Shown in pieces: positions 1 through 12,948 of a DNA stretch of 64,000 nucleotides. The stretch spans positions 84,134,001 to 84,198,000 of the forward strand of contig NC_043000.1 of NCBI RefSeq assembly GCF_006345805.1, in the 5' to 3' direction. The notes beneath the pieces were generated by a model that worked only from the letters and a program-made list of their open reading frames with translations, was not told the origin of the DNA and searched no databases. The stretch is from Octopus sinensis. Taxonomy: Eukaryota. The position numbers were made by a program, and so were the translations under genes. Positions within the stretch are counted from its first letter, which is position 1. Each line of letters starts with the position of its first letter.

Positions 1-505
1 GTAGATACCGACGGTATCAGGGCGTGTATAAGTCTTGAAAAAATTACAAAAATCCATTTTAGGTGAGAATGCGATCGATAAAGCCGTGGGAATGGGCATT
101 TGTACGCGCAAGTACATCAGCTGTTGCGATCGATTCTACGCGTACGCGAGAAAAATGCAGGTGCAGTTTTTGTGCTACTTAAAGGCACGTTTCTTTCCTG
201 CCAAGCTTACTGTTTAAACCATGTTTGTGTTCTCCCAGTCAACAGCCTTATCATTACTAGTACTTTAAACTATTCGGTTGCATATTTGTGTGATTAAAAT
301 CGTTTTTCTTTGGAATAGAAAAAAAGTCTATCGTTATTTCTTCTTTTGCTGGTGTCTCAAATTTAGGTTAAATCAGTTTCGGAAAGTGGTGGCCTATGGG
401 ACGGCCGGACAAGTTGTTTTGAGAAAATTTGGTTTAAATGTTTGACAACACAACACCGTCCATTGGACGGGGGGCGTCTTGCTGGAGTATATACATATGT
501 ATATA

Positions 506-512
<7 letters not shown>

Positions 513-570
<58 letters not shown>
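513..570. repeat. (AAT)n microsatellite
   Basis: Perfect AAT run; source of the poly-Leu/poly-Ile ORFs at 394-701. Confidence 0.95.
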
Positions 571-916
571 GAGTAAATAATTTCTTCGATGGTTTTTCAA
601 AAAACCAACAATTATTTACTGGTAGATTTCGGCATGTAAATATAACCATTAGCGGCAGGAACTTCTGTGAAGTTCAGTATATATTTATTGTATATAAATA
701 GGAGCAGTCAACAGGTTGCTTAGCCACATACCGAAAAAATTAGAAATAGCAGTCGGAGACTGTTTATTTCTATTTTCTACAAGTGGGACTCCACATACGG
801 CATATCCCTGCAATATACATATACATGCATACGTACTATACATACATACATACCTACATACATACATACATACATACATACAATACATATATACATACAT
901 ACATAATATAATATAT

Positions 917-956
<40 letters not shown>

Positions 957-958
<2 letters not shown>

Positions 959-1015
959 AGGCGCAATGGCCCAGTGGTTAGGACAGCGGACTCGCAGTTC
1001 GATTCCCAGACCCGT
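957..1015 (+). mobile_element. tRNA-derived SINE, 5' head fragment
   Basis: GGAGGCGCAATGGCCCAGTGGTTAGGACAGCGGACTCGC...GTTCGATTCCCAGACC; same head as the copies at 4338 and 6778, with A- and B-box-like motifs. Confidence 0.8.
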
Positions 1016-1053
1016 CATCAGCGTGTGACACAAACCGGTTGGTGATGTATATA

Positions 1054-1116
<63 letters not shown>

Positions 1117-1122
1117 CTATAT

Positions 1123-2906
1123 AGTGTATTATGAAAGGGCCCAACAGTATAATCAGCAAAAAATAATGCATAACCTTAGGACATTAATCACACACATACC
1201 GAGGACTCACGGACAAGGAGTATGAATACATCACTAACTTCAAATGCAAATCGAGTTTGTTCTACGGTATCCCTAAAGTACACAAAAGCCAATAATTAGA
1301 GAAACATGCAAAACATCTACCGATATACTCATCAAAATCCCTTCACCAAATGATCTTAAACTTAGACGATAATAGCAGGGCCAGCATGTGAGACTCACCG
1401 CCTCAGCAATTTCTTAGACACACTTCTTAAACCTTTCCTAAAACACATCAAAAGCTACGTAAGAGACGATATAGATATGCTCAACCACCTCCCTAAAGCA
1501 GTCAATGAGAAAACCTTCTAGTATCATTCGACGTAGTTAATCTTTATTCTAACATCCTCACAACCTAGGAATAGAAGCGATCACCTTCTGGCTGAATAAC
1601 TACTCCTTTGAACTTCCAACTCGCATAAACAAAGACCTTATAATAGAAGGACTTAGATTTATTTTAGAAAACAATTACTTTATTTTTGACAATAATTTCT
1701 ACAGACAAAGATCGGGAACAGCGATGGGCACGCGTACTGCACCATCTTTTGCCAACCTAGTGATGGGATACCTCGAGATAATACTCTACCAGATAACACT
1801 CGAGAAATTTGGAAACACCTTCTCCACCTATATCCAGAACAACTGGAAAAGATACCTCGATGACTGTTTCATCATCTGGGACAAAAGTATAGAGAAACTT
1901 GAGGAATTTAAAATACTATAAATGGAATAAATGATAATATACAATTCACGAGGATCATAACGAAGAAGAATACCATTTTTAGACATCCTCATTAAGAAAA
2001 CCGGCAACAAAATAGAGACAGATAAACCGACAAACTCCAAACAATACCTACCCTTTGATTCAGCCACCCACGACACACTAGAATAAATGTCCCTTTTTGT
2101 TAGCTAGAAGGATCTGCACCATAATATCAGACACAACACCCGACACACACGTCTCCAGGAACTTAGAACCACACTCACAAATAGAAACTATCTACAGCCC
2201 CTAATAGACAGTGCAATCCAAAGGGCACACAAATTAAGTATAGAAGACCTGAGACAAACAAAACCAAAAAAAAAAAGAACAATTAAAAACCCTTCCCTAC
2301 ATCTCTACACACAACCCACTCAACAATGAGGCCTTCAGCACCATACTACACAAGCACAGCCCTACTAAAGGGAGCCCCAAAGATGAACCGGATCCTCGAA
2401 ACACACACCATCATTAAAAGTAAACGGCAACCAAAATCCTTGAAAAGGATTTTAACCCAAGCTAAACTGCACTCAACATCAACCACAAAACCAGCAGTTA
2501 GAAAATGTGGAAGGCCCAACTGCGGAATCTGTGTCATCTTGATAGAAGGTTCAGAATTTATACTAGAACAAGGCCATCAATTCACCATTAGAGCAAACTT
2601 CACCTGCGCATCAGAAAACTTAATTTACGTCTCTTACACATGCGCAGGCTGCAATAGGCAGTATATAGGCCATACAAAAAATAGCTTACGTAACAGGATG
2701 CGGTGCATAAATCACAAATTAGAAACCCTGAATACCGGAAAATACCGGTCAGCGGACACATAGATAGATGTGCTGGAAATGTAAATCCGAAATTTACAAC
2801 TTACCCGCTTTATAAATTCAGTGACAGCGTAACCTTCACGCAACGCCAAAATAAAGAACTGTATTTCATCAAAAAATTTAGACCAAGTTTGAACACCCTG
2901 GGCTAG
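1123..2906 (+). pseudogene. Frameshifted PLE reverse transcriptase + GIY-YIG endonuclease
   Basis: Translated fragments include FYGIPKVHKS, SFDVVNLYSNI, AMGTRTAPSFANL, WKRYLDDCFIIW, a Cys-rich linker KCGRPNCGIC, NLIY..TCAGCNRQYIGHT and a C-terminal FRPSLN. Multiple stops and frameshifts. Confidence 0.92.
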
Positions 2907-3158
2907 GAATATGAAAACAAAACATTGGTCCTCCGAAAAGGAGAAGCGAAATTCTACCACGGCCGCTGCCTTAAACAGTCACTCACACTGACAGAGATAT
3001 GTCTTAGGGAAAGAAAAAATTTATAAAAAGATCTCTACGAGCAGATCTAATCCTGATCCGTCAAGAAACTGATGACGTATTACGTCAGTGGGCAAGCTAT
3101 TGTCACCCTGCTTGGTCGGTTTCCACACACGATACAGCTAAGGGTCAGATCCGATTCT

Positions 3159-3507
3159 GATTGGTCAAAACATTGATGACGTCTCGTTCTGCTGGACTAG
3201 CCACCTAACGGGATGATTGGTCAAAACATTGCTGACGTCTCGTTCCGCTGGACTAGCCACCTAACAGGATACAGTCATGGGTCAGATCTAATACAGCTAT
3301 AGGTCAGACCCGATTCTGATTGGTCAAAACATTGATGACGTCTCGTTCTGCTGGACTAGCCACCTAACGAGATGATTGGTCAAAACATTGATGACGTCCC
3401 GTTCTGCTGGACTAGCCACCTAACGAGATGATTGGTCAAAACATTGATGACGTCTCGTTCCGCTGGACTAGCCACCTATCAGGATACAATCATGGATCAG
3501 ATCTAAT
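3159..3507 (+). repeat. Five copies of a 56-bp unit in the PLE 3' region
   Basis: GATTGGTCAAAACATTGATGACGTCTCGTTCTGCTGGACTAGCCACCTAAC starts at 3159, 3215, 3318, 3374 and 3430; a higher-order ~160-bp duplication is visible (3131 vs 3291). Confidence 0.95.
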
Positions 3508-3622
3508 TTCAATCCGTCAAAAACAAGGATGACGTATTTCTCCGTGGCCAAACTGTCGTTCTGCTGGTTGGTTCCTACAGGATATACTCGTTGAGACTGA
3601 GTTTTGATTGGTTGGGAACATA

Positions 3623-3672
3623 TGACGTCAGTGAAAAATGCAAGTGAGACAGCTAAGCTGAGCTGATATAAA
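3623..3672 (+). promoter_or_regulatory. Candidate Pol II promoter of the PLE terminal repeat (CRE + TATA)
   Basis: Perfect TGACGTCA at 3623-3630 and TATAAA at 3667-3672, downstream of the CCAAT/TGACGT array. Function is inferred. Confidence 0.5.
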
Positions 3673-3973
3673 CCCAAACAATTCACAAAATTCACCAAAA
3701 CTATACGAACAGATACCAACCAAAAGTCATTACAGTTGCTCCCATTGGAACACAAGGTAAAATCTAAAATGAATTCCTCGCTTTTTCAAGAACATGAATT
3801 TTTTATATTTGACTCTATTGAATGCACATCACCACTATGAACTACTACATCATACTCTTTAAACATATAGTATGGACTCGCTTTACTATATATGAATTTT
3901 TTATGTTTGATCTATGAATATTATATATGAATTTTTTATATTGATAGCATGAACTATCTTTTTTATATATAAA

Positions 3974-4022
3974 TTTTTCTTGATAAGGTTCGTCATTTCA
4001 AGAACCGAAACATGTTAAATAA
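3974..4022 (+). ncRNA. Minimal type I hammerhead motif, U3-A8 variant, weak stem I
   Basis: TTGATAA (3980-86), stem II GGTTC/GAACC, GAAAC, palindromic ACATGT, GUU triplet. Confidence 0.65.
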
Positions 4023-4117
4023 ATAATGTATATATAAAAATTAAAATTTGTCTATATAGCAGCATTTTCAAACTTCATTTTTTACAAATATATACCCACT
4101 CGTATACGAGCTAATCT

Positions 4118-4161
<44 letters not shown>

Positions 4162-4337
4162 TATTATATATATATATAATATCTATATATATATATATAT
4201 ATAATATATATATTATATATATCATATATTATCTAGGATACATATTATATATATATATATAGATATAATATATATATATATATATGTATATGTATATCTA
4301 TAATGTGTGTGGGTGTGGTGTGGTGGGTGTGTGTTGT

Positions 4338-4615
4338 GGAGGCGCAATGGCCCAGGATCGTGGTTTCGATTCCCAGACCGGGCGTTGTGAGTGTTATTGA
4401 GCGAAAACACCTAAAGCTCCACGCGGCTCCGGCAGTGGGTAGTGGCGATCCCTGCTGTACTCTTTCGCCACGACATTCTCTCACTCTTTCTTCTGTTGGC
4501 CTGCTCGCTTAGCCAGCGGGGTGGCGTCATATGAAGGCGAAAACAATGCGAAGCGCATTGTGACCACGATGTGTAGCAACATCTGATAGCCTGGTCTGTC
4601 ACGGTGATCACGGTG

Positions 4616-4617
<2 letters not shown>
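4338..4617 (+). mobile_element. tRNA-derived SINE with internal deletion in the head
   Basis: Aligns by eye with 6778-7053; tail GTCACGGTGATCACGGTGAT runs into (TA)n. Confidence 0.9.
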
Positions 4618-4674
<57 letters not shown>

Positions 4675-5067
4675 TATATACATATATATAGAATATGAGA
4701 ATGTGTGCTTAGCACCGCATTGGTGGGAAATAATTCTTTATACAAAGATTAATGCTGTAATTAGTTTCATTGTAGCATTAAATCCCACAAAAATTATCAA
4801 ACCTACTAGTCAGGGTGGGATCAAGATGGACAGTTTATAAGGCTAACATTAGGGGTCCAAAGTTTGAGATCGTGGAATATATATATAAAACTCAACTGTG
4901 TTTATCGGCATTATTACCTCCAAATCGGCTCGATCTGGTTTTCTCTTGCCGTCCCTTTTGACACTGTGACCTTGCTCCGAATCAAGAATCTTGAGTTTAA
5001 GTTCAAATTACTTCGGATACTATTATATGATTCCTATATTGAGCGTATCTACTGTATTACGCACACA

Positions 5068-5098
<31 letters not shown>

Positions 5099-5773
5099 GC
5101 GCACACACACAGACATACACACACAGACATACTCACACACACATACACACATACATATGGTCTGTGTATGATTGTGTGTTTATGGAGATAAATCAAGGTT
5201 GTTTGCTGTTATATCAGAGCATTTTAATTACTCAATTAATTGATTGGCTAATTCAAAGATTTTTAATTTATTACTTAAATGTATTTATGACTAATCAATG
5301 AACCACTCAAATATATTTATGAAAATTATTAATGTATATATATTTAAATTAGCGCAAAGTTCATTTTATAGTAAATTGCAATTAAGCTTCATCCTCCGTT
5401 TAAAATCTTTAGCTTTTATTTTCACATTTAGAAAGAATAATGTTGGACGGAGTTATGTTCACAAGCTACAAGAAAACAGTTAAATAGGACTAATATTTAT
5501 AAAATAACCCTGCAGTTTTCAGTTTATTAAACTTACACACGCGAAGAAGAAGGAAAGCGTTATATTCAACGTGTAACTGGGGTTGAGAGCAAAGGAGATA
5601 ACTTTGAATGAAGAAATTCAAGAGGAAGCAAATATGATGCCCACTCCAGAAATAATATTGGCAGAGTATTGTTCGTCTCTAGCTCCAATTCCTTTAATCA
5701 TATGTCTGCTCTATCGGTGTGGAACTGAAAGTAGATACCAACAATCACTATGCCTTTGAGTTGCACACACACA

Positions 5774-5804
<31 letters not shown>

Positions 5805-5944
5805 ATACACACACACACATACACACACACACACACATGTATATAATCAAGCAAGCTACAAGAAATCTTGTGGGGCTCTGCAGCAGCAAGACCTGGACAA
5901 ATACAGAAAAAAGTAAAAGGGATACAGTGAACTTGCCGCGAGGT

Positions 5945-6445
5945 GTAGAATATCTAACGTTTCGGATGTAATACTTCGTCAGGGGGTGGAGAAAAGATAA
6001 ACAGAGTTTACAGCCTCTCAGCTTGTAAACCTGGATGCAACTGATAACTGACGCAGAATTAACGCGGGCTGTTAACGTGAAACAGAAGTTATAGGAGATG
6101 GGCGCGCAGAAAGGAGGAGGAAAAGAATGATAGAGAGAGTAGAGGTAAGTAAATACGGGTATGTCGCAGAGAGAGGGTGGAAGGAGGATTAAAAAGGGTA
6201 AAAAAGAATTAAGAGGAGGTGAAAGGAAAAGCTTTCATTCATATCTGTCAGGAACATAGTGCCAAGATCAAATATGAGACATTGCTCCTTTCGTTTCCTA
6301 GAGAAGCAGGGCCCGGAGTGCTTGGCCTCGCCACGCACTGATAAATCTGCAATAGAACGATTGTTGAAGTGGGTGGCGACAGGCTGGCCTGGCATACGTT
6401 GCATTATGCTTCTGATCTGTTCGCCCTGTTTCTTCAATGTAAAGA
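5945..6445 (-). mobile_element. Second PLE remnant: GIY-YIG C-terminus plus terminal repeat
   Basis: Minus strand encodes LYIEETGR and PVATHFNNRSIADLSVRG...RKRKEQCLIFDLGT, typical of the PLE endonuclease end; hammerhead-like core at 5951-5982. Confidence 0.8.
5951..5982 (-). ncRNA. Decayed minimal hammerhead motif
   Basis: Minus strand reads CTGACGA AGTATTACATCC GAAAC GTT AGATA. Stem II is broken and stem I could form only with TATCT displaced 12 nt upstream. Confidence 0.45.
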
Positions 6446-6662
6446 GCACTGCAGAGTTTACGTATGATGCAATATATGAGATTCGCCGAAGAGCAACAGT
6501 GTATCTATGTGTGTGTGTGTGTGTGTGTATGACGGAGTCGTCCCCAAAGCGCTATGCCACAGCAATTGTCGCACAAGCAGAACACATATATTATGTTCGG
6601 TTGATAATGTTTACAACACTAGCGCTGCTTTTAATTCGAAAATGAATACACACATACATGCA

Positions 6663-6694
<32 letters not shown>

Positions 6695-6711
6695 CATATA
6701 CATATACATAC

Positions 6712-6777
<66 letters not shown>

Positions 6778-6779
<2 letters not shown>

Positions 6780-7053
6780 AGGCGCAATGGCCCAGTGGTT
6801 AGGGCAGCGGACTCGCGGTCGGAGGATCGCGGTTTCGATTCCCAGACCGGGCGCTGTGTGTGTTTATTGAGCGAAAACAACTAAAAGCTCCACAAGGCTC
6901 CGGCAGGGGGTGGTGATCCCACTCTTTCTGTTGTTGGCCTGCTCGCTTAGCTAGCGGGGTGGCGTCGTTCGAAGGCTAAAACAATGCGAACGCATTGTGA
7001 CCAGCGATGTGTAGCAACATCTGATGGCCTGGTCGGTCACGTGATCACGTGAT
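6778..7053 (+). mobile_element. tRNA-derived SINE, near full length
   Basis: A-box TGGCCCAGTGG, B-box GTTTCGATTCC, family body and GTCACGTGATCACGTGA tail; lies between (TG)n and (TA)n. Confidence 0.92.
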
Positions 7054-7060
7054 ATATATA

Positions 7061-7123
<63 letters not shown>

Positions 7124-7164
7124 TATATATATATATATATATTCATATAAGTGTATCTATATCT

Positions 7165-7180
7165 CTGTCTGTCTATCTAT

Positions 7181-7223
<43 letters not shown>

Positions 7224-7262
7224 CCTATCTACTATCTATCTATCTATCCTTCTATCTATCCT

Positions 7263-7296
<34 letters not shown>
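7165..7296. repeat. (TCTA)n microsatellite
   Basis: Direct reading. Confidence 0.9.
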
Positions 7297-7297
<1 letters not shown>

Positions 7298-9024
7298 GTG
7301 TGTTTATCTTTTGGAATTGTTCTCTTGCTTTTGTAATTGTGTTGTGAGTTTTGGATAGGTGTTAGAACAACGAAGAACATCCCATTCTCACCGCGTCGGC
7401 CTTCAGTCGTATGACCGGCATTCCAGTCGTGTACTCAAACATAATGAATCAATGATAATATATTCAAGCGTGTGTGTTGCCCTTATTTAAAGACGGCAAG
7501 GTACTATTTGTTGTAGATTTGGCTGTTAATTCTCTCGAAGGGAGTTCCCTTGTGTTCGTTCGTTCGTCTTTCAGCTCTTTGTGAAATGTAATCAGTACAT
7601 CTAAGCAGCAGTTTTGGTTTCCGCTAAAGTCAGTTATTTCTGAAATAATGTCAGAAATAATGAGATAATGCGTGACAAGTCACTACAGACATTAATTCTG
7701 ATCTGCTTTCAACTAACTACGATCGTTCTAAAACAGTGCAGATTCCATTTTCCTTCTACTTTACATGATTTATCTCGTCATGTGTAAACACTCTCAGATA
7801 TATGCATCCACTAATATGTAACCAACTTTAAGTTAATTCATGATTTCTGGTCATGCACAATCGCTGAAAACAGAATTATATTTCACTGTGTTTGTAGGTA
7901 ATAGAGATTCTGTTCTTTACCTATCTGCGTTCTAGTTTTTCATGCTAATATAACGAATTATCTGGGCTTCTTTATACCTTGTGCATGTATGTATATGTGA
8001 ATGTATGTATGTTTCCATACGTGTGTGTGTATGTATGTGTGTATGTTTGTATGCATATATCTACGTACGTATGTGTATGTATGTAAGCATGCAAGTATGT
8101 ATGTACTCGTATTTATGTATGCATATAAGTACGCATGTTCGTATATACGCATGTATGTATGCAAGCATAAAGGTTTGTGCATACTCAAATATGAATACAC
8201 GCATGTACGTGCATATGCATTCAAATCTTTGCGTTTGATTTATGTATGCAGGAGATACGGCGTAGTCATGGGACTGCAGCATGGCGGATTGTGAAAAGGT
8301 AACAGAAGAGATAACGGAAGAGCTCAGCTGAATCAGCGGTGTTTCTTACATTGATGCTGAGCAGAGGAATCCTGGAAGATCAACGGTCTGGATTACCAGG
8401 ATTACAAAACTCTATCAAGAGAGGAACTCCAATGCATCCATAGGAGTGGAGTCCATAGATTCACTATGATTCAAGTTCTTACTTCAAATTCATAATAATG
8501 GAATTGGATGGCGACAGAAAGTCGTGGGAATTCGCGAAAGTAGCAAAAACGAAAAACAAAACTGTTGATTATATTTATCTTAATGCCGTTACTTTTAAAT
8601 ATAAGCATTCTTATCCTGCCGAGGCTGACTTTGTCTTTCATCAATTTTTCTGTGAACTTTTCAGACTTTAACCTTCGACAGATTTTTGTTTCATTATTTT
8701 ATCTTTTTCTCCTAATTACCGGTTTACGAGTATATCTTATTATTTATGATTGCGGAGAGTCAGACGAATGAAAGCATTCATGTTTTTAATATAAATCACT
8801 GTATTTTAATGAATGTTCATATCCAATTTAAAATATTTGATATTTTTCTTTTTTATTGCAATGCGTATATGACACAACCAGTTTATTGTATTTATATGTG
8901 TATAACCTAGAATCGCTAGCCTCAAGCAAAAATTAGATGAACTGCTTTTAAACACACACGTAAGTATATCTGCGTGTATATTTGTATATATATATATATT
9001 TGTGTGTGTGTGCGTGTGTGCGTG

Positions 9025-9088
<64 letters not shown>

Positions 9089-9169
9089 TGTATGTTTAGA
9101 TATGTGTGAATATGAGCATGTATATTGGTTTCAAACTTTGGTACAGAGCCAACAATTTTGGGTAGGAGG

Positions 9170-9330
9170 TAAGTTGATTACATCAAAACCAGTGCTCGAC
9201 TGGTATTTATTTTACCGATCCTGAAAAGATGAAATGTAAACACGACCTGAGCGGAATTTGAACTCAGAACGTAGCGACAGACGGAATGCTGCTAAGCAGT
9301 TCGCTCGATTCAGTCAGCCCGCCGCCTTAT
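9170..9330 (-). mobile_element. tRNA-derived SINE of a second family, decayed
   Basis: Reverse complement matches the 26032 copy (TAAGGCGGCGGGCTG...GTTCTGAGTTCAAATTCCGC). Confidence 0.8.
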
Positions 9331-9361
9331 TTTAGCATATATTTATTCTAGTATATATATA

Positions 9362-9431
<70 letters not shown>

Positions 9432-9513
9432 CGTGTGTGTGTGTGCGTGTGTACATATATATATATATATACACACACCACATATATGTATATATATATA
9501 CACACACACACAC

Positions 9514-9544
<31 letters not shown>

Positions 9545-10555
9545 TATATATATATCGACTTGGATCTGGAAGTGTCCTGAGTATGGCCTTAAGCTGAAAC
9601 CGGTAATGGGGCCTTGATGCGTGAGTTCCAGAGTTTTGAGCAGTGTGGAATCACCTCTTAGCGAGTCCCCGGCCTAACCGGAATAATTGCATATGTTAGT
9701 GCCCCAGTTATGGATTAACTAGTATACTAAGTCTTGCCTTATCTTCCTTCATCAAATCCAGAACAGCGTCTATTCCAACGTCTAGCGGCTGCTCCGGTCA
9801 CACACCTTCTGCACCTCTTCGACATAGCAAATGAAGGGACATAATTTAATATTTAAAGGCTGTTTTAATCCATGTTAAGAAGTCAGTATCGTTGTTTTCA
9901 TTTTTGGTGGAGATATTTGATACAATATTTTTTCAAACACGTTACAAAGTTCTAAACGTATCAAGTCGTTGGTGGCCATACATAGCGTTATTTCATCATC
10001 CTTTCGAATTGTCAGCACAATTTAAATTGAAACAAATAAATTATGACAAATCCAACATTTTACGAAGTGAGGCATACCTTATTAGAAGAAAATAGTTTAA
10101 GTTTGAAAGGCTTTCTTGATGTTTTATTGCTTCCTTCTTCAACCTAACCTTTTTTGTACAATGCGATTGAAGAGAGAAGGCTCAGTAGCTGTGTAAAGAA
10201 TCAGATTTATAGCGTTACTGTAAACAAGTGTCTGCTTTACAATAAAAGATACATGCAAAAAAAAAAAAACAACATGAAATCTTGATGCAAGTTAAGTTAC
10301 TTAGTTCAGGAAAAAAAACTAAAAACTATTTCAACATATTCAGTACTCAGATGCTTTCGTTACTAGCATCCGGTGTTTTTTTTAACTTTAAGCAAGGTTT
10401 AAACTAAGTAACAAGTTTTTACGTAGCTCTTTTTTATGTAATTATATTTGCATATAACGTTCGGTTTACTTTACTGCTTACTTTACTCAATTCAAATAAA
10501 ACTTAAAGAAATCTTACTTTAAAGAAGTATTTGCATTATAATAAAAATATAATTA

Positions 10556-10570
10556 TACACACGCACACAG

Positions 10571-10658
<88 letters not shown>

Positions 10659-10683
10659 CACACACACACACACACACACACAT
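10556..10683. repeat. (CA)n microsatellite
   Basis: Direct reading. Confidence 0.95.
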
Positions 10684-11669
10684 AATTATATTTTTTTATT
10701 ATAAATACTCCTCTAAAGTAAGATTTCTTAAGGTTTTGCTTGATTGGAGTGAAAGTAAAGCAGCCAATAGCCAACTGAACGTTAAAAATTTGCATCCTTT
10801 TTTCCTTTTGTTCAAGGTCTACTATATCAAATGAAGTCATTTGAAAACCTGTGTTTTACTTAAACACATAAAGGTACATATTTATTATGCAGATTATTGA
10901 AATTCACTGTCTGATTCAAAGAACATATCTAGATATTTTATAAATATAAACCGAACTTGGAAGAAATAGAGAATAAAATATTTTAAACTTTCCATGGTAT
11001 TTTGAAACCATATACAAACTTATCAACGATACGATTTTTAAATGAAGAACTTTCATAACTACCGTGTTTCAGTATATATTTCAGTATATATTCTGGAGAG
11101 AACTGGGGAGAGAGGGGAGAGAGACAGAGATAAAGATGGAGAGAGAGTGGGTAACAGTTGAGTCAAAAAGTGTGTATGCGTGAGTATGTGTACGCATGTG
11201 TGCACCAGTGTGATGCGTATATGAGAAAGAATGATTTTTAGTGTGATAGAGAGAACCGCAGAAAGGGTGAAAGAAACAAAATTCAAAGAAAAGCTGAAGA
11301 AGAGAAAATATTTCTCTACTACACACTAACACACTCTATGGCAACTCCATGGCAACTATCGGTCTTTCAACACTTTTTTTATTCCTTTATTTTCTAACCC
11401 AGTGATGTGTGTACAGACATACATATATATATATATATATGTATATATGCACTAACACAAACACCCATATATGAACATGTTCACGTTAGTGTTTACGTTT
11501 ACAGTGTTTATAACTGGTGTTGTTGTTTATGTCGTGTTCTTTTTGTCCTGAAACTTAGCGGCTTCAGGAATAAAGGGCAATAAAATAAGTATTGAGAGGG
11601 ATATGATTAACTAATCACTTGGTTACTGAAACATGTTTAACTGTAAAGCTGCATATGTCTATTTATATT

Positions 11670-12127
11670 CAGAGTGTCCCCCTCAAAAAAAGAAAATTTC
11701 GGAATCTAATAACAGTCGCTTAAATGATCTCCAAAATGTGCAAAAACTAAGTTTGGATTGGGCATGCCAGTGATAATGACAATGTGTTGCTAGGATTGGT
11801 CTATATCTTCCAGCAAACCTAAAGAACTCGAGTAGAGAATCAATGAAGTACTGGAGAATATTACGCATGACATGCTACAGCATGTTTGGAGAGATCTAGT
11901 CTAGCGACTTGACGTGTGTCGTGTCACAGGCGGAGCACATATTGAACACTTGTGAAGCTTCGTGAAATCGGTTATAAAATCTACATCCCTCTTAATCTCT
12001 TGTTCGAATTTTGATAAATAAATCTTTTACTGTCCAACATGAAGCCTCTTCAATTTCGTTCGCCTTGGACATGTAGTTACTCAGATATTCACGTTTCAAA
12101 TGATGTCAATTTTGGGTGGACACCCTG
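11670..12127 (+). mobile_element. Internally deleted Tc1/mariner-superfamily element
   Basis: TIRs CAGAGTGTCCCCTCAAAA / TTTTGGGTGGACACCCTG followed by TA; transposase C-terminal remnant ...ITHDMLQHVWRDLV*RLDVCRVTGGAHIEHL*. Confidence 0.8.
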
Positions 12128-12782
12128 TATATTTATATGAGCTTAGGTACGCACCTCAACCATCAGGCTATATGTAATTTATGTGAATGACTCTCTAGTC
12201 ACGTAATATCTCTATAGACGAATACACCAACTACAATATTTTCCTCTCCCATTTTCTTTATTTTATTTTCTATTATTTCTCATAAAGCATATCCGTGTAT
12301 TTGCTTAACCTGCTTAGATATTTCTTTAACCGATTATTTTGAAGGCTTCTTCTCTATTCAATTATTTAATCATTCCTCGTCGTAGTAATTTCATGAGAAC
12401 TATTTAGAAAAGGTTCAGTTGATATATTAGAAGCAATAACAAACACGGACGCACACACTCACATACATACACGCGCGCACGTACACACAGGCGAGCGCGC
12501 ACACAAGACCATTCTCATTCTATTCTTGATTATTATGCTCAAATTCCAGCATCCAACCTCTCTTCAAAATCACTGCCAAAACCGAAATTACAATTGTGAT
12601 TTTATCGTTCACCTTCAGAAATCGTATTTTCCGAACACACACACATGCACATGCGCGCGCGCACATACATATACACATGTGTCGTTGGTCATTATACTCA
12701 TTCAAAACAGCAATTTTTCAATATATACATATGTATGTATGCATACATACACACATATACATTTGTATACCTTTTTCTTTCT

Positions 12783-12823
<41 letters not shown>

Positions 12824-12840
12824 GTGTGTGTGTGTGTGTG

Positions 12841-12879
<39 letters not shown>

Positions 12880-12907
12880 AGTGTGTGTGTGTGTGTGTGT
12901 GTGGGTG

Positions 12908-12948
<41 letters not shown>

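Larger units (their letters stand above)
1123..4030 (+). mobile_element. Penelope-like retroelement, 5'-truncated, with 3' terminal-repeat region
   Basis: Decayed RT + GIY-YIG coding region followed by a promoter-like repeat array and a minimal hammerhead motif; flanked on both sides by (TA)n. Confidence 0.9.

Noticed and set aside
1-490. GC-richer start of the window ending GGGGGCGTCTTGCTGGAG|TA as a DNA-transposon end
   Set aside because: The opposite terminus is not visible in the window and no transposase motif was recognised.
3159-3507. CRISPR-like appearance of the 56-bp array
   Set aside because: Units are contiguous with no unique spacers, there are no cas genes, and the context is a eukaryotic retroelement.
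6778-6850. tRNA gene calls for SINE heads (also 957, 26032, 34470, 36631, 47260)
   Set aside because: They have A/B-box-like motifs but run into SINE bodies and lack a complete cloverleaf.
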